A stretch of 64,000 bases of DNA from Mobula hypostoma. Its lineage: Eukaryota. Below are positions 49,954-62,296 of this stretch, in pieces. A program made the position numbers and the translations under genes. The notes below the pieces were generated by a model. It was given only the letters and a program-made list of their open reading frames with translations, was not told the DNA's origin and made no database searches. The stretch lies in contig NC_086097.1 in the NCBI RefSeq assembly GCF_963921235.1, positions 58,964,001 to 59,028,000 on the forward strand, in the 5' to 3' direction. Each line of letters opens with the position of its first letter. Position 1 is the stretch's first letter.

Positions 49954-52795
49954 TGTGAAGTACCTCAGTGCAAGAAGCATCAGGAACAAAGGTGATGAAC
50001 GGAGAGCTTGGATACATACATGGAATTATGATGTAGTAGCCATTACAGAGACTTGGCTGGCACCAGGACAGGAATGGATTCTCAACATTCCTGTATTTCA
50101 GTGCTTTAAATGGGATAGAGAGGATGGAAAAAGGGGAGGAAGGGTGGCATTACTGGTCAGGGATACTATTACAGCTACAGAAAGGGTGGGTAATGTAGCA
50201 GGATCCTCTTTTGAGTCAGTATGGGTGGAAGTCAGGAACAGGAAGGGAGCAGTTACTCGACTGGGGGCAGTCTATAGGCCCCCTGGTAGCAGCAGAGATA
50301 CAGAGGATTAGATTGGGAGGCAGATTTTGGAAAGGTGCAAAAATAGCAGGGTTGTTATCATGGGTGACTTTAACTTCCCTAATATTGATTGGCACCTGAT
50401 TAGTTCTAAGGGTTTAGATGGGGCAGAGTTTATTAAGTGTGTCCAGGACAGATTCCTGTCATAGTATGTGGACAGGCCGACGAGGGGGAATGCCATACTA
50501 GATCTAGTACTAGGTAATGAACTGGGTCAGATCACAGATCTCTCAGTGGGACTGTGACCACCACTCCCTGGCCTTTAGCATTATCATGGAAAGGGATAGA
50601 ATCAGAGAGGACAGGAAAATTTTTAATTGGGGAAGGGCAAATTATGAGGCTATAAGGCTAGAACTTGCGGGTGTGAATTGGGATGATGTTTTTGCAGGGA
50701 AATGTACTATGGACATGTGGTTGATGTTTAGAGATCTCTTGCAGGATATTAGAGATAAATTTGTCCCGGTGAGGAAGATAAAGAATGGTAGGGTGAAGGA
50801 ACCATGGGTGACAAGTGAGGTGGAAAATCTAGTCAGGTGGAAGAAGGCATCATACATGAGGTTTAGGAAGCAAGGATCAGATGGGTCTATTGAGGAATAT
50901 AGCGTAGCAAGAAAGGAGCTTAAGAAGGGGCTGAGAAGAGCAAGAGGGGGCGTGAGAAGGCCTTGGCAAGTAGGGTAAGGGAAAACCCCAAGGCATTCTT
51001 CAAATATGTGAAGAAAAAAAGGATGACAGGAGTGAAGGTAGGACCGATTAGAGATAAAGGTGGGAAAATGTGCCTGGAGGCTGTGGAAGTGAGTGATGTC
51101 CTCAATGAATACTTCTCTTTGGTATTCACCAATGTGAGGGAACTTGATGATGGTGAGGACAATATGAGTGAGGTTGATGTTCTGGAGCATGTTGATATTA
51201 AGGGAGAGGAGGTGTGGGAGTTGATAAAATACATTAGGACGGATAAGTCCCCGGGGCCTGACGGAATGTTCCCCAGGCTGCTCCACAAGGCAAGGGAAGA
51301 GATTGCTGAGCCACTGGCTAGGATCTTTTCGTCCTCGTTATCCACAGGAATGGTACCGGAGGATCAGAGGGAGGCGAATGTTGTCCCCTTGTTCAGAAAA
51401 AGTAGTAGGGATAGTCCGGGTAATTGTAGACCAGTGAGCCTTACGTCTGTGGTGGGAAAGCTGTTGGAAAAGATTCTTAGAGATAGGATCTGTGGGCATT
51501 TAGAGAATCATGGTCTGATCAGGGACAGTCAGCATGGCTTTGTGAAGGGCAGATTATGTCCAACAAGCCTGATAGAGTTCTTTGAGGAGGCGACCAGGCA
51601 TATAGATGAGGGTAGTGCAGTGGATGTCATCTATATGGAGTTTAGTAAGGCATTTGACAAGGTTCCACATGGTAGGCTTATTCAGAAAGTCAGAAGGTAT
51701 GGGATCCAGGGAAGTTTGGCCAGGTGGATTCAGAATTGGCTTGCCTGCAGAAGGCAGTGGGTGGTGGTGGAGAGAGTACATTCAGATTGGAGGATTGTGA
51801 CTAGTGGTGTCCCACAAGGATCTGTTCTGGGACCTCTACTTTTTGTGATTTTTATTAATGACCTTGATGTAGGGGTAGAAGGGTGGGTTGGCAAGTTTGC
51901 AGATGACACAAAGGTTGATGGTGTTGTAGATGGTGTAGAGGATTGTCAAAGATTGCAGAGAAACATTGATAGGATGCAGAAGTGGGCTGAGAAGTGGCAG
52001 ATGGAGTTCAACCTGGAGAAGCGTGAGGTGGTACACTTTGGAAGGACAAACTCCAAGGCAGAGTACAAAGTAAATGGCAGGATACTTGGTAGTGTGGAGG
52101 AGCAGAGGGATCTGGGGGTACATGTCCACAGATCTCTGAAAGTTGCCTCACAGGTGAATAGGGTAGTTAAGTAAGCTTATGGAGTGTTACCTTTCATAAG
52201 TCGAGGGATAGAGTTTAAGAGTCGCGATGTAATGATGCAGCTCTATAAAACTCTGGTTAGGCCACACTTGGAGTACTGTGTCTAGTTCTGGTCGCCTCAC
52301 TATAGGAAGGATGTGGAGGCATTGGAAAAGGTACAGACGAGATTTACCAGGATGCTGCCTGGTTTAGAGAGTATAAATTATGATCAGATTTAAGGGAGCT
52401 AGGACTTTACTCTTTGGAGAGGAGGAGGATGAGAGGAGACATGATAGAGGTGTACAAGATAATAAGAGGAATAGATAGAGTGGATAGCCAGCACCCCTTC
52501 CCCAGAGCACCACTGCTCAATACAAGAGGACATGGCTTTAAGGTAAGGGGTAGGAAGTTCAAGAGGGATATTAGAGGAAGCGTTTTTACTCAGAGAGTGG
52601 TTGGTGTGTGGAATGCACTGCCTGAGTCAGTGGTGGAGGCAGATACATCAGTGAATTTTAAGAGATTACTAGACAGGTATATGGAGGAATTTAAGGTGGG
52701 GGCTTATATGGGAGGCAGGGTTTGAGGGTCGCCACAACATTGTGGGCCGAAGGGCCTGTACTGTGCTGTACTATTCTATGTTCTATGTTCTATGT
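49954..52795 (+). mobile_element. CR1 LINE with near-complete but disrupted ORF2 (APE endonuclease + RT)
   Basis: YLSARSIRNK, DVVAITETWL, YRPP, MGDFNFP, CDHH. 403-aa RT stretch at 50963-52174 (VPQGSVLGP, KFADDTK). (TTCTATG)n tail. Several stops and frameshifts. Confidence 0.96.
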
Positions 52796-53289
52796 CACCA
52801 CACCATATCCTGTATTGTTCCTATCTAATTGTGCTACATACATGGTTCAAGGTCATACAAGTCAGGAAGAGTCAATACAAGATACATGCCATGGAATGGA
52901 ATTTATAGTTAGTGAGCAGGAAGAGGAACTCTAGGTGCAATTTTGTTCTTTAGTTCATGGTGTAGGTATCAGCTTCTCTGCCAACTTCCTACCTTAAATG
53001 GAAACAGGATGTATTTTCTGAAAGCAAAGTTGATCTGTAATTCTGTCTTGTTAATTACATGTTACTAAATTCAAAAACTAGATGATGTCTTGGCACACTT
53101 TTGAGCATGAATTTTCCAAGCTCAACAGTCGAGACCTAGGATAAGCATCCTACAGAGAACTGAAGTGAATGCCTGGCCATTGTGTGCAGCCTCCACTGCT
53201 GCAGCTGTCAGTGTTCTGTGAAGCACCTGCAAATTCTTGGTTTCCACCCACTTCTGAATACTGAAGATCTTTTCTCTTAGTCATCAATC

Positions 53290-53740
53290 AATTTTTGAGG
53301 AGTTGTGGACATCGCTCAGCACATCACAGAAACTGGTCTCCCAGGACTCTGTCTACACCTCACTCTGCCCTGATAATGCAGCCAGTGTAATCAAAGATCC
53401 CACCCAGGACATGCTCTCTTCTGCCTCTCCCATTCAGGAGAATATACAAAAAGCTTGAAAACTTAAGGACAGTGTCTGTCCTGCTATTGTAGGATTATTG
53501 AATGGTGCCCTAGTATGATAGAATTGATTCCTGACCTCACAATACATCTTGTTACGGCCCTGCACCATATCATCTGTCTGCACTGTACTTTTTTGCAATT
53601 GTAACTTCTTTTACTGCTTTATATTATTGTTTTTCCTTGTGCTACCTCAATACACTGATGTGATAAAATGAACTACATGAGTGACATACACAACAAAGAT
53701 TTTCATTGTATTTTGGTACATGTGACAATAATAAACTGTT
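53290..53740 (+). mobile_element. Rex1/Babar 3' fragment
   Basis: RVVDIAQHIT, IKDPT, GHALFCLSHSG motifs. gtgacaataataaac end. Confidence 0.7.
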
Positions 53741-55813
53741 TTACTAATAACCAGGAAAGACAACATCATTGTATTCATTTTTTAAATAGACAATGTCTCA
53801 CATGTATTCAAGGTCAACAGAGCCTTATTTCATTTATTGCAGAGTATAATCAAGCAAATTTCTAACAAGAACTATTAAGGGTTATGCCTTTCACAAAAAC
53901 ACATATTTCAATATTTTTGACGTTAGTTGTGTTTTATACCATAGTGGAGGTTTGGGAATGGGAAGGATTCTACTAAAATCAAACTATATAGATGAAGTTC
54001 AGAGTTCACTTCTACCACTCAAGTCGTACCAGAATTGCTGTTGAATATTGCGCTAGCAAGGGAAATTCCATTTTTGCTTCTAAGCAGAATAAATTCTCCA
54101 GTGCACAGTTCCACCTTAAATGTTCTGTTATGTCACTTATCTGTAATTATTTTACATAAACAATATTCAAGTACTCTTGGGTATAAAAGACTTTTCTTAA
54201 CTTCAAGTCATTTAGAGAAAATTCTCCTCATTCAAGCAAATGCTTTACTGTATTTCTGAACTGAATTTTAATTACATTCAATTAAATCAGTTTCTCACTT
54301 GGATTTTGTGCACAGTTTTTAAAGGGGGTCACCTACACATTCAGTGCATTTTGCTGGATTCTTTTAAATGCAGAACAGCCTCAGCTTTCAGTGACAAATA
54401 CAGTGTTAAATAAATAAATGCAAGTCTGCCCAGTGGATCAGTATTCTGGGAACAGGCCAGAATTGGAAGGAGTTCAAAAGAAACATTAGATTTGCTTAAA
54501 TGCCTCTTTCTACTTAACTGATAATCCTCTTACTGAAATTTATTGAATTTATTTTGTACTATTTCAAATGTTTATAGAGCTTTTCATTTATGGAATGCCA
54601 CAAGAGATGCAGATTGCTGCTGCCTGCTCACAAATAAAGGTTATCTGCTGAGACAGAAATATTCACTTATACTGTTTGGGAAACAGTTTATCATGAACTA
54701 AATGCTGTTTATAATAATTCAGTAAATGAGAAATAGCTAATGACCTGACCTTGATTCTCTCCATGACTACCATTTTCCATTCCTCCCTGTCAAAGAGGTT
54801 GACAATTAGCACTTGATGTTATCTGAAACTTGAATGTAACAAATCAGTTTATTTTAGCTCAGTTTATTGCAGGTAAAAATAAAAAATTTGAAGCTTGGTA
54901 TAAAATAATGGAAGACATGTAAACAGGTGCTCTGAAGCAGTTGCATCTCAACAATGTGAACATTATTATCTTTTAACTTTTGCCTAAACTTGTTCAGTGC
55001 AACATGCTGTCTCATTTTGACAGATTTCTTATTCTTCCATGTTGCTCTGGGATTTTCCACGATTCCCAGATTAGCCTAAACTTAAATATGGAGTAGCTGC
55101 ACCCATGACCTACATGTGTGGTAAACAGGCATTCCCAAGCATCTTGGGTGAAGTTCATAAGGCATGCAGTGAAACTTTACACTACAACTTGCTTTCAGGA
55201 TGGCGGAACAAGGCATAAACAGTTGCAACTTATTGACAAAGGATGCTTAGAAGCAGCTAGGCCTTACATTCTTCATCTTCATCAGTTGTTAAAGTACCTA
55301 ATTTTGGAAATTTGATGCACATATCCTCATATTTTCCTGCCAGTCCAATGAGGTAGTCACTGACATGTGACAGGAGTTATTATATTCCTTGGTATGAGGA
55401 GATCAATTTACACTGGTATGCACTTCTGACCAATACCAGTCCATTAGAAGACCAGAAATATTGCTGTAATGGTAAAGTGGCTTAATAAGCATCCTCCCTC
55501 TCATTTTTCATCTCTAAATGATACACTAGAAGCCCTGCTAATGACTAAACCAAATGTTTGGCTTACATTACTCTTTTGACCCGAATCTCACTGAAGAAGC
55601 ATCCTTCATTTCTCTGTTTTTATCTTTTGCTCCTGAAGGTCTGTCTAGTTTGTACCCCACGACTAACGATGTCACTCTTTCTCCTCAAGAACATATTATA
55701 TCTCTACAGATAGAATTCCTACCTCTCTGTGTCACTGGTATGTAGTTCTGGATCTCCAATCCTAGCTAATTCAGTGAATCATTAGGACCAACAGAAACAC
55801 AGAAGCTGGTAGA

Positions 55814-55912
55814 AGCAACACACACAAAATGCTGGTGGAACATAGCAGGCCAGACATCATTAATAGGAAGAAGCACAGTTGATACTTCGGGCCGAGACCC
55901 TTCGTCAGGACT
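55814..55912 (-). mobile_element. PLE-tail mini-copy, hammerhead with mutated GAAAC-GTC half
   Basis: Reverse complement: agtcCTGACGAagggtctcggcccGAAGtatcaactg...ccagcattttgtgtgtgttgct. Confidence 0.83.
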
Positions 55913-56889
55913 CTTTGAGGTTCCTTCACTGCAGACCAACACCATTCCAATTGGTATACACAAGGCTTCAACAAAATTCAGCACGTAGTGTCTTGAATGT
56001 TACCATCAGGTCTCCCACCACAGCTGAAATAGATAATTAGCTTCTTTTGTCACACATTTGTGCTGCACTTTACCCCTTCTTACTAACCAAGGGAAACTGC
56101 TTTTTACCTCGTTCGATTCACATCAGTTTATTATTACCGTCAACATGCAGCCTTATCCAATCTCATATACTGTCACTAGTATTTTTCTCGATTTCAGATT
56201 CAGTGCACTGCAGCTGAATTTTTACAATGTCATCCACGCAGATAAATGGGCACTATTTTTCCACAATACCAAAGCAGGAGCATTTCTGAAGTACTTCACC
56301 ATTAGGTAAGAGTTCTGAGAATCCCTCAGGGAATGAAATAATAAGGGACTATATTAATACAAGTCTCTCTTATTTTAATTTCTTATTTTGACAATTAATT
56401 TTGGATGGATTTTCTGTCAGAATGACACACGTGCTCAGGAGGGTGCTTATTATGCAAAAGCCAAAGCAGTCTGTAGCCAGTTACCTGCATCAGATACTGG
56501 CATTTACCCTTTCATTTCAATTGAATAGCTGCTCAACTCTTTATATCTTACTGTCAATATCAGCAACACTCCATCCATTATGACCACCACAGCAATGCTG
56601 CAGAACCAGTGCTGAATTAAGCCATCATTGACAGTACTGCTAAAAATAAGGTCTACATGCTGGGAAAAAGGAAACACAGAATCTACAGGCTGAATAGAGA
56701 GAAACATGCCAGGTGGCGACCCAGTTAAGAACTAGCAAATTTATCTTAAGATTTATCAGGTATAATACTGGACTGGGACATTTCCTCTGGGAGCAGCAAC
56801 ATGAGCTTCAAATAAATATCCCCTCAATATGACTTGATGTTACGTACTCTTGTCAATGTTATAAAATATACGTATACCCTTACAGTTTT

Positions 56890-57980
56890 AGAACATAGAT
56901 CATTGAACATTGAACAATACAGCATAGTACTGGTACCCCAGTCCCTTCAGCCTACTCCAAGATTAATCTAGTTCTTCCACTCACATAACCTACCATTTTT
57001 CTTTCATTTATATGTCTATCTAAGAGTCTCTTAAATTTCTCTAATATATTTGCCTCAACCACAAAAACTAGCAGGGCATTCCACACATCGCTCCCTGTGT
57101 ATAACACCTACCTTTGACATACCCCCTATATTTTCCTCAAAGTACCTTAATGTTATGCTCTCTTGAATTGGCCATTTCAGCCCTAGGAATAAGTCCCTGG
57201 ATATTCTCTTTAACTACACTCATTCATGTTCATGGCGTGGAACTTCCTCTTCAAGGTTTGATGCATTGTGCATTCAAAAATGCTTTTCTGCACACCAGTG
57301 TTGTACTGTAAGATTATTTATGTTATTTCTTCTTCCTGTCAGCTTGAGCCAATCAGGCCATTCTCCACTGACCTCTCTCATTAACAAGGCATTTTTGTCC
57401 ACAGGACTGACACTCACTGGAAGTTTTTTGTTTCTTGCATCATTCTTTGTAATCTCTAGAGACTGTTGTGCATGAAATTTCCAAGAGATCAGTAGTTTTT
57501 GAGATACTCAAACCATCCCTTCTGACACCAACAATCATTCTACGGTCAAAGTTACTTAGATTATATTTCTTCCCCATTCTGATGTTTGTCAGAACAACAA
57601 ATGAATTCTTGACCATGTCTGCATGGTTTTATGCTTTGAGTCGCTGCCAGATGATTGGCTGATTAGATATTTGCATTACCGAGCAGGTGTACCTATTAAA
57701 GTGGCCACTGAGTGTATGCCCCATCATCTTGTACAGCTCTATTAAGTCACCTCTCAATCTCCTTTGCTTCAAAGATAAAAGCCCTAGCTCACTCAACCTA
57801 TTCTCACAAGGGTTGCTGTCTAATCCAGGCAGCATTCTGGAAAATCTCCTCTACACCCTCTCTAAAGCTTCTACATCCTTCCTACAATGAGGTGACCAGA
57901 ACTGGACACAGCACTCCAGTGTGATCTACCCAGAGTTTTATAGAGCTGTAATATTACATTGTGGCTCTCAAAGAGCTCAA
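56890..57980 (-). mobile_element. CR1 3' fragment split by a Tc1 relic
   Basis: CR1 tail agaacatagatcattgaacattgaac. MLPGLDS...ENRLSELGLLSLKQRRLRGDLIELYK (57717-57835). Confidence 0.78.
57217..57714 (-). mobile_element. Tc1-like DNA transposon relic
   Basis: One full TIR (reverse complement CACTCAGTGGCCACTTTAATAGGTACAC) and a CACTCA stub at the other end, with TA on both flanks. Minus-strand HTH-like MIVGVRRDGLSISKTTDLLEISCTTVSR. Confidence 0.82.
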
Positions 57981-58597
57981 TACGTCACAAACTAAAGGTA
58001 GGACACAGGGTCATGAACAACTCCATCTCGGAGTGGTGAAGAAGATTGAAGCATCAAGGTGAATGTGAAGGGGGTCAGCGATCGCTCCCAATGGAAGCCA
58101 CCAGTGCACTCGGACCAGGTGTGCATTCTCTGTCATGGAACGACTGATGTTTTGAGATTTATGTGATTGGACAGTACCTCAATTTCTCGGCATTTTCTTG
58201 CTTGTGGCGAATTAGTGGGTGGGTGATCTGTTAGTTCCTTATGTGTGAATGAGGTTTTTTTGATGCTACTGTTGCTGTTCATTTTTTTGAATGACGGTTC
58301 GGGGTGACATGGTCACTGTTTTTTCCGTGGGGGAGGCATTGAGGATGATTTGTTATTGTTGCTGTCTTTTGTTCTGCGAGTTACCCACGAGAGGTGACAC
58401 CAGAGGCAGTGTGGTATACCATCCATGCTGGTGTTGGTGCTGCCCTCTAGTGTTGACTCCCTGGAACACAAGCTGGATTGCATTCATCTGCAGAATCCTG
58501 CATGCTCGTTCTTGCCGACAGCATCCATAGACTGTATGTTATTTATTTTGTATGACAGTTTGTTTACAGCAATCTTACACATACTAGATGTGCATTA

Positions 58598-59310
58598 CTG
58601 TGAAATCTTCATCGGATCTCCAACACAATGCTGCAACTTCCTGTCCCAGTGTCATGCACTTTGAGCTCCAATCATCTCCGTATTTTACAGATCAAACCAA
58701 GATTGCTGTTGTGATCTTTCTTTTGACTGAGAAAGCTCTGACCAGGGCCACCTCTAACTGGGACAATAAGACCCCCATTTGCAACCGATATGAGAATTTC
58801 ATCATTGAGATGCACTGGATTTTCGACCATCTGGGAAGTGGGAGGGAGGCAGCAGATCAGGTACTTAGCCTGCATCAAGGCTCATGCTCAATACTGGATT
58901 ACAACGTGGAATTCAGGACCCTTGCGGTGGATTCTGGTGCAACAGGCAACTCTCTGGACTAGATTCTGTGTGTGGAGCTTGGAGTCCATATAGAGCCTAT
59001 CTCTCACCCTTTCTCCATCACAGCCATTGACAGACATCCCTTGGAGTCTGGGATAGTTAGAGCGTATACACGATCTGTACTCAGGAGCATTAGAGAGCAC
59101 CACACGTGCAGCCAATTCCTCCTTATCGACTCATCCAACACTTCTCTCATCCTGGGTAACGCCTGGCTCTCCAATCACAATCCTCACTTCACCCGGTCGT
59201 CTGGTTCACTGCTGAGTTGGGGACCTGCCTGCCAAGCCACCTGCCTGCAACCTCAGTTGATTTCACCCCATAATTCCGTGAAGAAGGAGGAAAGTCTCAA
59301 CTTTACCAAA
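58598..59310 (+). mobile_element. Ty3/Gypsy (sushi-ichi/PEG10-RTL1-like) gag-protease relic
   Basis: Gag motifs FIGSPTQCCNFLSQC, HFELQ, KIAVVIFLLTEKAL, FDH, LHQGSCSILDYNVEFRTLA. Aspartic protease VDSGATGNSLD...LILGNAWLSNHNP. Confidence 0.85.
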
Positions 59311-59937
59311 GGTGTTATTGTCTTTTTTAAATGCACTTGTTATGATCACAAGAGTCTTCTGGATGTTGAGAACTTAAAGTGCTGCAGGGCTACCCCATCA
59401 GCGAGGGGCAGAGAAGCTGAAGGAGCTGGACTTACTGTGGATTGTGCTGTGTCAGAGAAGTCGGTGTACCAAGGTGCTGCGCAGCCTAGCAGTCAGTGAT
59501 TGTCATAGTCACGTCTCTTGTGATCACAAGACCCTGCTGGACATTGGCAATGTGGAATGTTGCAGGTCCAATTCACTGTTCTATTGCTGAACGGCATGGG
59601 AGTTATGTGGCCTTCGTCATAGCCACGAGTAGGCCTCCTACCTCACTGTCGCCCGTTTGCAGCCAACCAGGAGGAAAGTGTTGGAGTTGGTGCGCTCTAC
59701 CTGAGACAGCGTGGCACAGCATCCATGCTGGAGACAATGCTGCTCTCCAGTGTTTGCTCGGCAGAAAACTAGATGTATTGCGTTTGGCTGCTGACTGCTG
59801 CAACATTTGTGGACTCAGGGACTTAGACTTTATATTTTTTTGTTTCTGACTGTATTTTGTTGTTGTCTTGTATGTGCAATGTGTGCCTTATGCTGTGAAT
59901 GACTGCTAGTACTGTGTTTTGCACTTTATTCCCAGAA

Positions 59938-62213
59938 CGTCATCTGGGTTGGTCATGGTGGGAGCATAGGCACTAATCAGCGTAGCACTCTTCTTGTTTG
60001 CAAGTGGGAGCTAAAGTGTCATCAGGCGGTCGTTGATGCTCTCGGGGTGCTTGGTGAGTTTATGGGCGGGGTTAGAATTGATAACAAATCCCACGCCTGC
60101 TTCTCGTCGTTCAGCGCTGCTGCGACCACTCCAGAAGAACGTGTATCCACCACTACGTTCTGTCAGCTGGCCCTTGTCTGCTGGGGGCGTTTCGCTGAGA
60201 GCTGCTATGTCCACGTTGTAGTGAGCTAGCTCTTTTGCAACCAGTGCAGTTCTTCTCTCTGGTCTGTCTGCCTTGATGTTATCTCGCAGAGCTCTCATGT
60301 TCTATGTGCCGAGGTTGAGCACCATCACTTTCTTCTTCACTGTTGTAGGTCGACCGCTATGAGGGATCCCCACCAGCCGCGGTAAGCTGGCCAGGGTGAA
60401 GTGAAGCAGACTATGTTTGAGGCACCTTTTCCAGCCCCTTCCTCCATGGAGGTGAGCAGAGCCATCCTAAAGAGGGCTGCTCAGATACCCAGGGGGCTGC
60501 CGAACTCAACTGCTGCTTCAGTCCAGTAGAGAGCGACCCTATGCCCTGGGCCGCCTGTGTGCAGGTTTGTGACTACAGCTTCCAGTGTATCCGTACCTGC
60601 TGCTTCGCCACTCCCCCATCGCCACAGGACTTTAGGTTGCGTGTTGGGTTTGAAGTCATGACTTGCGCTTGACTTGGATTAAAGTGAGGGAGAGTTGCGC
60701 AGGTCGTCAGCCTCACTCTCTCGTCCCGGCCTATCTGGACCCAGTGGCAAGACATAGTCAAGACGGCTAGAGATAGGTCAGGATGCAGTAGATGGCCAGC
60801 AGTGTTCTGTGTGTCTCACTGTGCCCTCTTAGTGCTCCACGATGCATTGCTGAGAATCGCCTTTCTGCCCGTTGAACCAGTGATGGTTTCTTCCGCGCAG
60901 TCCACCGAATCCAGGCTTCACACGCCAGGTAGACAAGCCCTGAGTGTTGTGGGTCTACGGCAGTTCTTGCGGTGTGCTCGCAAGCCTCCCTACCCATTGT
61001 TGGGCATCCTCATCCACCTTTGCAGCCATTGAGAGATGTCTCCTCTGCTGCCTTTGAGCGGGGCCACGGGTGGGTGAGTGAGAGCGTGGGCGCCGTGTCG
61101 GTGCGGGTGTTGCGCACGTCCGGCTCCCGTGGCGCCACGCTGCTGCCCTACCGGACGACCGAGGGCACGGCCAAGGTGGGCGAGGACTTCATGTTTGCTG
61201 ATGACTGCGCACTCAACGCCAGCACAGAGCAGGAGATGCAGCGTGAAATAGACTGCTTCTCACAAGCCTGCGACAACTTTGGTCTCACTATCAGCACCAA
61301 AAAGACCGAAGTTATGTACCAGCCTGCCCCAGGAAAGCCATACCAGGAGCCGCGCATCACGGTGAAGGGTCAGAACCTCCAGGCAGCCGACAACTTCACC
61401 TACCTGGGCAGCATACTCTCTCGCGCAGTGAACATCGACGCTGAGGTCAACAACAGGATTTCCAAAGCCAGTGCCGCCTTTGGGAGACTCCGTGAGAACG
61501 TTTGGGAGCGGAGAGGACTCAGCCTTACCACCAAGCTGAAGGTCTACTGTGCAGTGGTCCTTACCACCCTCCTTTATGCCAGCGAGACCTGGACTGTCTA
61601 CAGCAGACACGCCAAACAGCTCAACCACTTTCACCTGAGCTGTCTCCGCAGACTCCTCCACATCAGGTGGCAGGACAAAGTTCCCGACACGGAAATCCTG
61701 GAACGAGCTGGGCTCTGCAGCGTCTACACCCTCCTGCTGAAAGCCCAAGCCAGGTGGGCTGGACATGTGGTCAGAATGCCAGACAGCCGATTGCCTAAGC
61801 AGCTGCTGTACGGAGAACTGTGTCAGGGCAAGCGCTCAGTCGGGGGGCAGAAGAAACGTTACAAAGACTGCCTGAAAGCGTCCCTCAAAGGCCTGGGTGT
61901 CGACATCAACACGTGGGAGACGCTTGCCCTCGACCGTCCAGCTTGGCGCAGCAAGATCACCACAGGAGCCCGTGCAGCTGAAGTCAGGCGCATCATCGAG
62001 GCGCAACGAAAGTGTGCTGTGCGCAAGGCCCGAGCAGCATCCACTGCCACGACAGCACCCACCCACTTGTGTCCCACATGTGGGCGAGCCTTCAGGGCCC
62101 GGATTGGCCTCATCAGTCACCTCCGGACCCACAGCCACCAATCTCCCATTTGAATTTGAAGCCATGGTCATCTTCAACTACGAAGGACGAACAACAACAA
62201 CAACAACAACAAC
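59938..62213. mobile_element. RTE-clade LINE insertion with 5' inversion and a captured host fragment
   Basis: Minus 59938-~61049: 5' UTR and APE start (RPERRTALVAKELAHYNVDIAALSET, GYTFFWSG, ISAYAPT). Plus 61185-62213: MFADDCAL, FTYLGS, YASETW, RWAGHVVRM, CPTCGRAFRARIGLISHLRTH, (CAA)n tail. Exact 10-bp TSD ATTCCCAGAA at 59928-59937 and 62214-62223. Confidence 0.94.
61050..61190 (+). pseudogene. SLC8A: Captured fragment of a Na+/Ca2+ exchanger (SLC8A/NCX) Calx-beta domain coding sequence
   Basis: Translates AFERGHGWVSESVGAVSVRVLRTSGSRGATLLPYRTTEGTAKVGEDF, matching the NCX CBD2 start as I recall it (TFE....HVSESIG.MEVKVLRTSGARG.V.VPYKT.EGTA.GGGEDF). Very GC-rich with about 18 CpG in 141 bp. 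Paralogue not determined. Confidence 0.88.
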
Positions 62214-62296
62214 ATTCCCAGAATAACGATGTTTCATTTGGCTGTATTCATGAGTATTCATGTATGGTTGAATAACAATTAAACCTGAACTTGAAC

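Larger units (their letters stand above)
59310..62296 (+). mobile_element. Non-autonomous Rex1-like element (59310-59937 and 62214-62296) that hosts the RTE insertion
   Basis: The 3' UTR gcactttattcccagaa|taacgatgtttcatttggctg...aattaaacctgaacttgaact is continuous once the RTE is removed. Confidence 0.6.

Noticed and set aside
58588..59499. Domesticated PEG10/RTL1-like gene
   Set aside because: Frameshifts, a stop at 58960-58962 and a large internal deletion.
60700..60720. CTGACGA on the minus strand of the RTE 5' UTR as a hammerhead core
   Set aside because: No suitably placed GAAA or stem II follows.
61050..61190. A genuine SLC8A exon of a host gene in this window
   Set aside because: No splice sites at its ends, no other NCX sequence in 64 kb, and it lies within the TSD of the RTE insertion.
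60972..62153. 393-aa ORF as a functional host gene
   Set aside because: It starts at GTG in antisense RTE UTR, the Calx-beta and RT domains are both partial, and no promoter is evident. Reported as a chimera only.
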